Below, one piece after another: positions 17,694-27,400 of a stretch of DNA of 32,735 nt. The notes beneath the pieces are model-generated. The model was not told the DNA's origin. It made no database searches and saw only the letters and a program-made list of their open reading frames with translations. Within the stretch, counting starts at the first letter, position 1, and each line of letters starts with the position of its first letter. Source of the DNA: an uncultured Methanosarcinales archaeon (GTDB lineage Archaea > Nanobdellota > Nanobdellia > Woesearchaeales > JACPBV01); NCBI GenBank assembly GCA_964577685.1, contig CAZNZT010000012.1, positions 1 through 32,735 on the forward strand, written 5' to 3'. Both the position numbers and the translations under genes were made by a program.

Positions 17694-18866
17694 TTACCTC
17701 TTCCTTGCTTTCAATATCTTCCTCACAAGAAATACTATTGTAATCAATATTAAAAGATAAAGGAAAAGAAGAGCAAGTCTCAGGTTTTCTTTTTCTTCTG
17801 GATAATTTACATTTATTGTGCTCCCTTTCTCAAAAGTTAATTTTCTATTATAAATAACCCTCCCAGAAACTGTATATCTTCCAGGTTCTTCTGGTGTAAA
17901 ATAGCTTTTAAGGTCTATCTTTTCACCACTGGCCACATCTACATCCTCGGTCTCTATAACCTTTACAATCTTTTCACCTTTCTTTATACTCCCTTTAAAT
18001 TTTGCTGAAACAGTTCTTGGACCCATATTTTTAAAAGTAGCTACTATCTCAATCGGTTCATTAACATATGCCCAAACCTTACTTCTCACCTGTTCCAAAA
18101 TCCCTTTATCAACAATACCCCCCTTCTCCACAACACTAAAACTAAGCAAGCTACTTCCATGACATTCATCAACACTTATTGTAGCCCAATACTGGCCTAC
18201 CCCAAGGTTATGATTAAATATCTTCTTAACAAATCGTTTCTGGATAGTTGGCAGGACATCGGGTGTAGTAAAATCACCAGAAAAAACAATCTTCTCCTGA
18301 TTCTGGTCCCATATATCAAAAGAAACCTTGGGTTTTATCCTAACATTCCCCTCATTTTTTATAACATAAGAAATTTCAAGAGGATAACCAATCTCTATAT
18401 CCTTAAAATCAAAACCACCAGCACTACATTCCACTACCTCGGTATCTGTCACAATCGCATTTAAGATGAGTGTTACCCCAGCCTTAACAATTCCGCCTGC
18501 CCTACCTGATATAGCACCAACTCTATCCGTAACAATACTGATTTTTCCAGAATAACTACCACTCCTTGTATCATTAGGGGGGACAATAATAACCTTCAAC
18601 AAATAAGGCCTATCTAAAGAGAGATTAAAATACGTACTATTTGGTTCAAATCTTAACCAATCTGCAATCTCCCCACTAACAACAAAATGAGCCATCAGCT
18701 CCCCAGGGTAGTTTGTGGTTATCCTTACAGTTCTCTCTGCATAACCACTTCTCAAGAGATCATTAAAATTGATTCTGCCTGGACTTACCCCTATACTTAA
18801 TGCATAAGCAAGGTAAGAAAACACAACAAACAAACAAACAAGAGTGATTAGCTTTATTGTTTTCAT
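17694..18866 (-). CDS. Secreted three-Ig-domain protein with C-terminal TM, DUF916/WxL-interacting or pilus-chaperone-like (alternative start 18917)
   Basis: SD AGGTGGTG before the ATG at 18866; signal peptide; mature start SIGVSPGRINF; GSYSGKI; NEGNV; C-terminal TM plus basic tail. Confidence 0.65.
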   Translation of the reverse strand: MKTIKLITLVCLFVVFSYLAYALSIGVSPGRINFNDLLRSGYAERTVRITTNYPGELMAHFVVSGEIADWLRFEPNSTYFNLSLDRPYLLKVIIVPPNDTRSGSYSGKISIVTDRVGAISGRAGGIVKAGVTLILNAIVTDTEVVECSAGGFDFKDIEIGYPLEISYVIKNEGNVRIKPKVSFDIWDQNQEKIVFSGDFTTPDVLPTIQKRFVKKIFNHNLGVGQYWATISVDECHGSSLLSFSVVEKGGIVDKGILEQVRSKVWAYVNEPIEIVATFKNMGPRTVSAKFKGSIKKGEKIVKVIETEDVDVASGEKIDLKSYFTPEEPGRYTVSGRVIYNRKLTFEKGSTINVNYPEEKENLRLALLFLYLLILITIVFLVRKILKARKR

Positions 18867-18903
18867 CAAAACACCACCTAAAGCATAACCAAAATAATGA
18901 TTT

Positions 18904-20124
18904 TTAAGTTTTACCATTTAGTTTAGATTCACCCTTACCACTAGACTCATTCTTTTTCTCTTCTTTAGCCCCCAGATTCCTCGCTTCTTTTTCTTCCTCT
19001 TTCCTTATTTTATACTTCCTAAAATCAAGTAGTACCAAAGTGATTATAAAGATTAATATAATTAACTCAATAGCCAATCTAAAAATAAAGGGCTTATTAT
19101 TTACACACCTATGATTCAATATTCTTTGGAAGAAATAACATTTAAGTGGCTGGCAAGTATGATTTACAGGCGTCTCATTAAACATACACTCAAGTTTCTT
19201 ACAACTTTTATTGAAAACAAATTCATCATCACTACAATTGAGACTCACACAACTATGATTAAAGACAACTTCATCATAAGAACAATTAAGTTTTATGCAT
19301 GTGTGGTTAAAAAAGCCTTCATCATAAGAACAATTTAGCTTTACACATGTGTGGTTAAAAAAGCCTTCATCATAAGAACAATTAAGTTTTATGCATGTGT
19401 GATTAAAGGCGTATTCATCAATAGTACAATTTAACTTTACACAAACATTATTTCCACATTTTTCATCAAAACTGCATGAAGAATCATCACAACATTCATA
19501 GCTAAAACATTTATGCATTCTAGGATATTCACAATAAGAACAATTTAAAGCAATGCATCTTGTGTCTATACAAGTCTCATTATTAGCACAGGAATAGTTA
19601 GAAACACACTCAAAAGCAGGAACAGAGTATACTTCCTCATCATAACAATGCTCTGTTGTATATATATTGTTCTTTGCATAAACAGGTTCATTAACAAATA
19701 TATAAAAACAAACATAATATAAGAGGTATGGATAGTTATTAGCTTTAGGAAGTATACCACTAATAATCTTAGATCTCTCCTGGTTCCATGGAACAACAAA
19801 TAGATCATACTCACTACTAGCATTAAAAGGATTATAACTTGCATTAAAGCCCGCTATTCTGCTACCATTAAAAGCATCCCTAAGTTCAATACCCTTAACC
19901 TCCAGTTTATTTTCTCCAATATTAAAAACAGATATATTCCATTTAACATAATTTCCCTCAACACACACCCCATTTCTACACTCATAGCTCACTTCATATT
20001 TAAACCCAAAAACCAAAACAAGATGTAATATAAAAATGGTAAAATATAAAAAAAGGTATCTAAGACATTTATTTTTCTTGACTATGCTAGAGCATACGCC
20101 CTTTAATTTCATTATTCTTCCCAT
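18904..20124 (-). CDS. Single-pass membrane protein with an Ig-like head and a Cys-rich repeat stalk
   Basis: Signal peptide, beta-rich domain, EGF-like Cys spacing, seven 16-aa repeats, TM, charged tail. Confidence 0.8.
   Translation of the reverse strand: MGRIMKLKGVCSSIVKKNKCLRYLFLYFTIFILHLVLVFGFKYEVSYECRNGVCVEGNYVKWNISVFNIGENKLEVKGIELRDAFNGSRIAGFNASYNPFNASSEYDLFVVPWNQERSKIISGILPKANNYPYLLYYVCFYIFVNEPVYAKNNIYTTEHCYDEEVYSVPAFECVSNYSCANNETCIDTRCIALNCSYCEYPRMHKCFSYECCDDSSCSFDEKCGNNVCVKLNCTIDEYAFNHTCIKLNCSYDEGFFNHTCVKLNCSYDEGFFNHTCIKLNCSYDEVVFNHSCVSLNCSDDEFVFNKSCKKLECMFNETPVNHTCQPLKCYFFQRILNHRCVNNKPFIFRLAIELIILIFIITLVLLDFRKYKIRKEEEKEARNLGAKEEKKNESSGKGESKLNGKT
19108..19443 (-). repeat. Seven tandem 48-nt coding repeats (CxKLNCSYDExxFNHT)
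   Basis: 336 nt = 7 x 48; central units are near-identical at DNA level. Confidence 0.9.
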
Positions 20125-20126
20125 TT

Positions 20127-21902
20127 TTAAATTTCTATTGCAACAAATTTTACAAAACCACTACAATTCCCACTAACACCATAAGGTACGCCCATCTTCC
20201 AATAGGTATAATTCCTATCTTTTTTATATGTTGTGTCATTAGTTCTCTGTGGTAATGTAAGATTATATATTAATGAAGAGCTACTAGACAAGTTAATCAT
20301 CTGGTTATATGCTTTTCCTTCGTATACAGAATACCTCTCATATCCTACATCAATAACTCCTTTATCACAATCCATCGCTAGCCCGTCACCCTCTGAAACA
20401 GCAAATCCTTCAACAGTTACATTAAAATCAATATTCCCAACATTTGTTATATTAACAGTAACATCACCAGAAGATATATCTCCTGGACTTAATTCTCCAT
20501 AATCTATAATATCTGGGGACACATCTATAGCCAATAGGCTATTAACAGTAGTCCCTGTCTCATTAGACCCAAAGTAATTACTCTTATCCTCTGCAGTAAT
20601 ATTACAAACCCAACTACCATTATTAGCATAATAATAAACCACAAAAGAACAGCTATAGTCGGCAGAATATTTTGTTGAAGAAACCTCCTTACAGCTATGA
20701 TTTGTGTAGTGATTATTTCTATCATCATCTGCCATCACGCTTACAGAAGTATGGTAAAGAAAAGAACTAATGTTCTTCAAGTCACTTATATTATTATCAT
20801 CGCTTACTGTGGCATTGCAGTAAACAATAGAAAAAGAACCAGCCACAAGCTCTATAGGACCATCAATAACCATATTCGTAACCTTGGGTATAAAATTTGG
20901 AGTGATACTCAGATTAAATGTTACAGAAGCCCCAACATTATGGCTTGTGCTGTTATCTGTACAATTTATGCTCCAATTATATGTACCATTATCTAATATA
21001 ACACTAAAATTTTGAGATGTTCCTTTTATTACACTATAATTTGTTTTATTTATTTTATTATTAATTATCAAACTACAGTTCGCTATATCACTACTATCAG
21101 TGACATTATACCTAAAGATTACAGGTGTAGTACTTACCTTAATTTTGGAATTGTTAGCAGGAGACTCTAACTTAACTACTGGTGCATTAGAATCCCAAAC
21201 AGTAAGATTTCTTACCATTTTCCTACTAAGATTATCAAAATTCTTACCATCAGAATTACAGCTTGCTTCAATAGTTATATTAGAAGCACCACTTAAATTT
21301 GTACTAACATTCCATACTGTAATCTTATAGGAACCAAGAGCAATGTTCCCTAAATCATGCGTTGCTGATTCACCACCAGCAAGCTTTAGAACATCACTAT
21401 TGCTAAAAGATATAGTAGCACTACATCCAACTCCATTCTCACCACCAATAACCAGAACCTTTGCTGTTACATTAAAATAGTCATCTATATTCACCATTGT
21501 GTTATCTGCTGGTTCTATAATACTGACATTCGTCTCACTTGGTCTTGTTGTATTCAGAATAACATCAGCATAAGTTGTTGTAGCTGCCAATACAGTCGTA
21601 TTAATCCCATAATTCGTCTTATTCCAAGCAATTACAATTATCGTATCCCCATCAGAACCCAGTATAGTAGCAGAGTATGATGCATCAATAAATGAGGGTC
21701 CTACTCCATTTGTCCTTGTCCTAACAAAATCACCGCTTATAGTATTATTTATAGTAACAGGAATCCCACCAGTAGCATAAGAGCTATCGTTGTGGTATAT
21801 AGTACCCCTTACATTATGTGGCTCTGGAGGAGGAGCATACACAACACAAGTAAAAAATACAGCAAATACTAAGACAAAAAGAAGAATGTATCTTCCATAC
21901 AT
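20127..21902 (-). CDS. Secreted multi-Ig surface glycoprotein with a PxPH N-terminal domain and a C-terminal region shared with 11556-12503
   Basis: SD AGGAGA before MYGRY (21902), 1 nt after the upstream stop; signal peptide; two-Cys Ig repeat like those of the giant protein; no anchor. Confidence 0.8.
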   Translation of the reverse strand: MYGRYILLFVLVFAVFFTCVVYAPPPEPHNVRGTIYHNDSSYATGGIPVTINNTISGDFVRTRTNGVGPSFIDASYSATILGSDGDTIIVIAWNKTNYGINTTVLAATTTYADVILNTTRPSETNVSIIEPADNTMVNIDDYFNVTAKVLVIGGENGVGCSATISFSNSDVLKLAGGESATHDLGNIALGSYKITVWNVSTNLSGASNITIEASCNSDGKNFDNLSRKMVRNLTVWDSNAPVVKLESPANNSKIKVSTTPVIFRYNVTDSSDIANCSLIINNKINKTNYSVIKGTSQNFSVILDNGTYNWSINCTDNSTSHNVGASVTFNLSITPNFIPKVTNMVIDGPIELVAGSFSIVYCNATVSDDNNISDLKNISSFLYHTSVSVMADDDRNNHYTNHSCKEVSSTKYSADYSCSFVVYYYANNGSWVCNITAEDKSNYFGSNETGTTVNSLLAIDVSPDIIDYGELSPGDISSGDVTVNITNVGNIDFNVTVEGFAVSEGDGLAMDCDKGVIDVGYERYSVYEGKAYNQMINLSSSSSLIYNLTLPQRTNDTTYKKDRNYTYWKMGVPYGVSGNCSGFVKFVAIEI

Positions 21903-21903
21903 A

Positions 21904-24432
21904 CTATCTCCTCTTTTTTGTGCTTTTCTTTGATTTGATAATACTAATAGCATAAAAGCCTGCTTCTTTATATTCCTTCCTATTTTCAGGCTTTTTAATA
22001 TGTTTTCTTTTTATAATATAAACAATTCCCACAAGCAATAAAAACCCTAGTGCCAACCAACTACCTAGATGATTATCTAAATCAATGGCATGATCTGTCA
22101 TTATAGATAAACCATCACTACTAACAACTAAATTAAGATCTTTTGTATCACCTTCAAGAATAAAAGATGTTTTCAACTCTTTCCCAAGATACCTAACAAT
22201 AATATCAATATTATCACCTATACTTCCCATGATTATGGAATAATATGCACCATCATTATCACCTATGCCTGTTATTGTTTCTACTTCCTCACTATTATTA
22301 CGATTAACTATTCTAATTATGGTTCCCCTTTCAGATTGCCCAATGCCTTCCCTAAACAGTTTTCCAGCAATAATATACTGCTCACCAATCCCTGTAGTAA
22401 CAATCTTGTTCGGCAATTTCAAAGACCTTAAAGAAACCGAAAAATAACCAAGATTATTTGCCTCTGACTTATAATAAACATAATCTGTCCTATCCTCCTT
22501 ATAAACACCTGTAGGCAATTCTTTCCAACCATCTTCTGAATAGAAATTCAAAACAATATCATTTAGACTTGCATTATTATCTTTTAACCAACCTCTCTCA
22601 ACTACAAAAAAGATAGTCATATTACCAAAACTCCCAATATCATAAGTATCGTTTATCCCAATCCTAAGATACTTATAAGCCTTCTTAGGTACCGCACTAA
22701 CACCCCTTGGTTTGGTTTGTAGTTCTTCTATCTCAAATAAAGCATTAGATTTAAAACTATTAAATCCACTATTACCCACCATTATCTTATCAACAATACC
22801 ACCATCTTTGGCTCTTCCCTCAATTTCACTAGTAAGTACATTCTCTACATCCTCCGTCTCCTTCCTATTTCCCTTCACACTCAAAAAACCCTCCTGAGTA
22901 ATGCTGTTTCCACCACCTTCAAGACCTCTACTACCCATAATATAAAAACCAAAAGGAACAGTAATATTAAAAGCTTGGATAGCACTCAAATTTCCATCAC
23001 TAACAACAACAATAACCTCATTTCTACCTATATGCCTAAAGAAGGGAATCCATCTTATTACACCAGTTTTCTTATTAATCTGCATATTAAATGGTTTCTT
23101 TAGTAAAGAATACTCTAAATCATCATTATCCGGATCTACGGCATCTACATCATATTTATACACTCTAAAAAGATAAGCCTCCTTTATTGGAGTTGAGGTT
23201 ATATTTGGAGCATCATTTACATTCAATACACTAATAATAAACGATTGATTCTCATAAAAGAATCCATCAGTTACCTGTACTATAACACTATGATTCCCAA
23301 CTTGCTCATTTGTAGGAACCCAATAGATAAGACCAGTAGATGAGTTTATGCTCATTCCAGTAGGATACACCAACAAGGAATAGTTCAAGATATCACCATC
23401 TATATCATAAGCATCCACATCATAGACATAAGGCTCATCCTCTATTGCTATAGTTACAGGAGTACTATTAATAACAAACTTATCATTGGTATTGATAACA
23501 TTAATAGTAAAAGACTGTGTTGTACTTAAATTGCCATCACTAACTCTCACAGTCACATTATTTTCACCAACATCATCATTATCAGGAACCCAGCTAATTA
23601 ATCCTGTCGTAAGGTTTATCTGCATACCATCTGGTTTCTTATCAAGGTAGTAATATAAAACATCGTTATCAACATCTATGGCTTCAACATCATACCTATA
23701 TTCCTCATCCTCCACAGCCGAAGTGATAGGCCCAGATATTATCTCAGGAGCATCATTAACATTAATAACCTCAAGCATGAAAGATTGATTCACAACAAAG
23801 ATACCATCACTAACCAAAATAACAACATTATGGATACCTACATCATCATTAGTCGGAACCCACCTTATAATGCCTGTTTCGGAATCAATAGTCATTCTAT
23901 CAGGATGCACAAGTAAAGAGTACTCTAGAATATCATCATTTTCATCATCAGCTTCCACATCATATATATACAGCTGATCTTCTATTGCTTTTGTTATCGG
24001 AACAGAAGTTATATTTGGTGGGAGGGCTGGTATTGACATATTAAGCAATAAATTAACATTATGCATTACTCCCTGTAAGATTATTGTTCTATTTGAAGAA
24101 TGATACCGATTCCACACCTTAACTATTACTATATCATTATTATTCCCACTTAGCGAAACTGAATAATAACCATTTGCTTTTGTCTTCCCGATTATGAGCT
24201 CTCCTGTATTTGTATCATAGACGCTAAAATCAATCCCATTTCCAACAGGAGTGACACCATCAAGTTCATAAACAATACCATCTATCCCATGGGGTACAGG
24301 TATTGCTAAACAAGTCTTTAGCAAAAATAAAACCGAGAACAAGAAAAAAATTATAAATTGTATCTTAGTGGACTTATTCCTACCTATTTTCTTACCAAAA
24401 TAACTTTTGAGTATATTAACCATACGCATCAT
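21904..24432 (-). CDS. Membrane-anchored surface protein with four cadherin-like/putative Ig repeats and a PGF-pre-PGF-like domain
   Basis: Four repeats of PxIxSxP..AxED..YxYDVxAxDxDxD..GMxIN..TGxIxWxP..VSDG..NVND (about 22960-24020); YKYL..FVVERGWL..WKELPT..YFSV; C-terminal TM plus basic tail. Confidence 0.85.
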   Translation of the reverse strand: MMRMVNILKSYFGKKIGRNKSTKIQFIIFFLFSVLFLLKTCLAIPVPHGIDGIVYELDGVTPVGNGIDFSVYDTNTGELIIGKTKANGYYSVSLSGNNNDIVIVKVWNRYHSSNRTIILQGVMHNVNLLLNMSIPALPPNITSVPITKAIEDQLYIYDVEADDENDDILEYSLLVHPDRMTIDSETGIIRWVPTNDDVGIHNVVILVSDGIFVVNQSFMLEVINVNDAPEIISGPITSAVEDEEYRYDVEAIDVDNDVLYYYLDKKPDGMQINLTTGLISWVPDNDDVGENNVTVRVSDGNLSTTQSFTINVINTNDKFVINSTPVTIAIEDEPYVYDVDAYDIDGDILNYSLLVYPTGMSINSSTGLIYWVPTNEQVGNHSVIVQVTDGFFYENQSFIISVLNVNDAPNITSTPIKEAYLFRVYKYDVDAVDPDNDDLEYSLLKKPFNMQINKKTGVIRWIPFFRHIGRNEVIVVVSDGNLSAIQAFNITVPFGFYIMGSRGLEGGGNSITQEGFLSVKGNRKETEDVENVLTSEIEGRAKDGGIVDKIMVGNSGFNSFKSNALFEIEELQTKPRGVSAVPKKAYKYLRIGINDTYDIGSFGNMTIFFVVERGWLKDNNASLNDIVLNFYSEDGWKELPTGVYKEDRTDYVYYKSEANNLGYFSVSLRSLKLPNKIVTTGIGEQYIIAGKLFREGIGQSERGTIIRIVNRNNSEEVETITGIGDNDGAYYSIIMGSIGDNIDIIVRYLGKELKTSFILEGDTKDLNLVVSSDGLSIMTDHAIDLDNHLGSWLALGFLLLVGIVYIIKRKHIKKPENRKEYKEAGFYAISIIKSKKSTKKRR

Positions 24433-24438
24433 TCCACC

Positions 24439-27400
24439 TTATGTATTAGGGTCAAGAGTCCAATTTGCGTCTAAAACAACATCAAAATAATACCCTAAAC
24501 CAGGATCTACAGTAGTAAAGTCTGGATTATTCCAGGAAGGCCACCAACCCCAATCATCATAGTGGACAGTAACTTCAAATCTATCTGTAATTGTATTATA
24601 CCTATCTATTGCTTTAACAGAGTTGGTAGGAGTAACAGTAATCGGATATGGATCAGCACCATAAGTCGGCAAAGGTGAGCTATTCGTTGAATACCAGCCT
24701 ACTAAATTCCATCCAGAAAATAAACTAACATTTAAAGCCTCGAGAGGTACCCTTCCAACAAAAGTCAGATTACAAGATTTGTTGACTTCAAACCAATAGC
24801 CCCTAGCAGGCTCTAACCTCGTAAAATCTTCATCTCCTGTCGCAGGTGTCCAGTTCCCATTAAGATAATCAGCTCTATCCCATCCTGTAGATGTATTATA
24901 TCTCCACAATGATTTTATACACTTACTTGGCTTAACTGGAAAATCATAACCATCATTAGAGCCATTATATAGCTCCCATTTATTCAACTGTAATGGAATG
25001 CTAACAAGATTCCAATCAGAGCTACTCTCATTCTCAAATATAAGCTCAAACTCATACTTACCAACAATTAGAGTACTTGTTTTATTAACATTTCCTCTTA
25101 CCGTAGCAACCTTATAAAACCTCATCCTAGACTGCCAAGCACCCGTATCGGTCCAGTTTGAATCATTAACTCCGCTTACATTGGCTATTTCTGAGAAAGG
25201 AGTTGTATAATTGTCAATCATATAGATATTATATGTAGCAGAATAGGACTTGCTCGTCCAATTTAATACTATACTTACATTATCAGAAGCAAGAGTAGCT
25301 GTCAAATTTTTTGGTTCATCTATAACAGTAAAGAAATATGTCAAGCTGGTATTCAAATTACCACTATCATCCCAGCATGTTACATTCCAATAATGGGTTC
25401 CTTCAGATAAGGAATGAATAGTATAATTAACATATGTTCCATTCAATGCACTAATGTTGGTGATATTAACTATACCATCAAGTGTAAGGTTACATGACAA
25501 GTTATAATCAACCTTATCAGACACTGTAAAATTAAATGATATATTTTTACTTGTGGTATTGAAATCATCAACAGGGTTAAGCAAAACTATAGAAGGTGGC
25601 GTTTCATCTGTTACATTAAATCTTATCTCAGAGAAGTATATAATTCTGTTATTCCCAACTGCAGAGCCATTTGGAGTTAATCTCACCCTTATGTAGCCCC
25701 AATCATTCTGGTTTCTTGCTACTCTTGTTATGTTAATTTGAACCCAACTACCCTGTTGTGCTGAAGTAAAAGTATAATCAATATGATTGCTCTCATTAAC
25801 AGTAACATTATCTTTATTATAACTATACACAACAATTGGATAAGAACTAAGGGGGGAGATATCATAAAGATAAATCCTCAAATATACATTATCATATACA
25901 GACATTTCCGTTTCATTTAGTATATTCAACACCTGGACATCATCCCCTACTCTTTTTCTTGCATAATCATAGGTATCCACATTATTATCAGTCAATTCGA
26001 AGGTAACATCTGTATAAGTAGTCCCCAACTCACTTGCAGACATGTTATCTATTGTATCCGTTCTCATTATAAGGCTTGGTGTTATTAATCCAACACCAGG
26101 ATCAAGACCTAACATACTACTAGAAGACAAATTGCCTAAATCAAACGTAAGATTTATCATAAAATCATCTCCACCTGCATCAAAACTGAAATTATTAAGG
26201 TCTTGCTTAACATTATCCACAAGCATATCCCAATCCCAATATGCATACCCCCTGATACTAGAATAACTATCAACAAAATAGATTTCTGGGATATTAAAAT
26301 CATCCTTATCATACCCCAATGATGTAGTTGAATTCATATAATAACTCTCCACTGAACCAGAACTGTTTACCAAAGTAAAATTATCTAAAATGCCATTCCT
26401 AGAAATATCAAAAGACTTAAGAACTAATCTAAGTTTAACATCAGAAAAATTATTCTGACCAAGATTTTCAACAAGAAAAGTAACATTATCTTTCTTTGAA
26501 TATGAATATACTTTCTTGGTATAATTAATCCTAATATTGTGTTCTTCTAGCCTACCGATATATTGGATAAATGTTGAATTATCAAAACCAAAAACCCCTG
26601 TCCTTCTTACATCCCAAGTAACATTAGCAAAGTCATAAATAAGAGTATTATTCAATATTATATACCACTTATACTTAAACCAATACTCACTTGGATTTGA
26701 AGAATTAAAACCAATAAGTTCTTCACTATCGTTTATCCACCAATCAACACCTGTCTCAGAAGATGTATGATAATAAGTGAGATTATCTATTACTACAAGC
26801 TCGGCATAAGATTCAGAAGTGATATTAGAGAAGGTGGGTGTTATCTCTATATTAACAGAACCTATCCTAGTAGACTCACCTTCAGAACAATTAGATGTGA
26901 TATTAATCCTGTAATTACCAACAACAGTACCATTAAAGAGCCATCTTGTATTAGAATAAGAAGAGCCATTAGAAAGATTCCCAACAGACTGAACCTTATT
27001 GCTGATAAGTGTCAATCCAGGAGCATAATCAACAGAAAGATTACAATCATATACAGAACCATTTAAAGCAGTAGTAGTAGCGTTCAACCAAAAAGTGTTA
27101 TTAATGTACCTGTTTATTTCGTATTTCGGATAGACTATAGAAACATTTGCAACAGACTTTACAACTGTAAAATTATAACTTAAAGAATAATTTATATTAC
27201 CAAAAGTATCATTTGCATAGAACCTATAAACAACAAACTCTCCAGAATTTAAATTATCTGAAGTGATAGTATAGTTATATCTCCTACTATGGCCTGTTCC
27301 AGAGAACTCTACAAGAGTATAATTATAAAATGTTCCAGACCAATTCCCTTCAATCACAACACTATCAATAGATACATCATCTGTTACATTAACAAATACT

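Noticed and set aside
19108..19443. CRISPR array
   Set aside because: Contiguous in-frame 48-nt coding repeats with no unique spacers and no cas genes.
21904..22100. PGF-CTERM/archaeosortase signal
   Set aside because: A PGF-pre-PGF-like domain is present, but no PGF motif precedes the TM.
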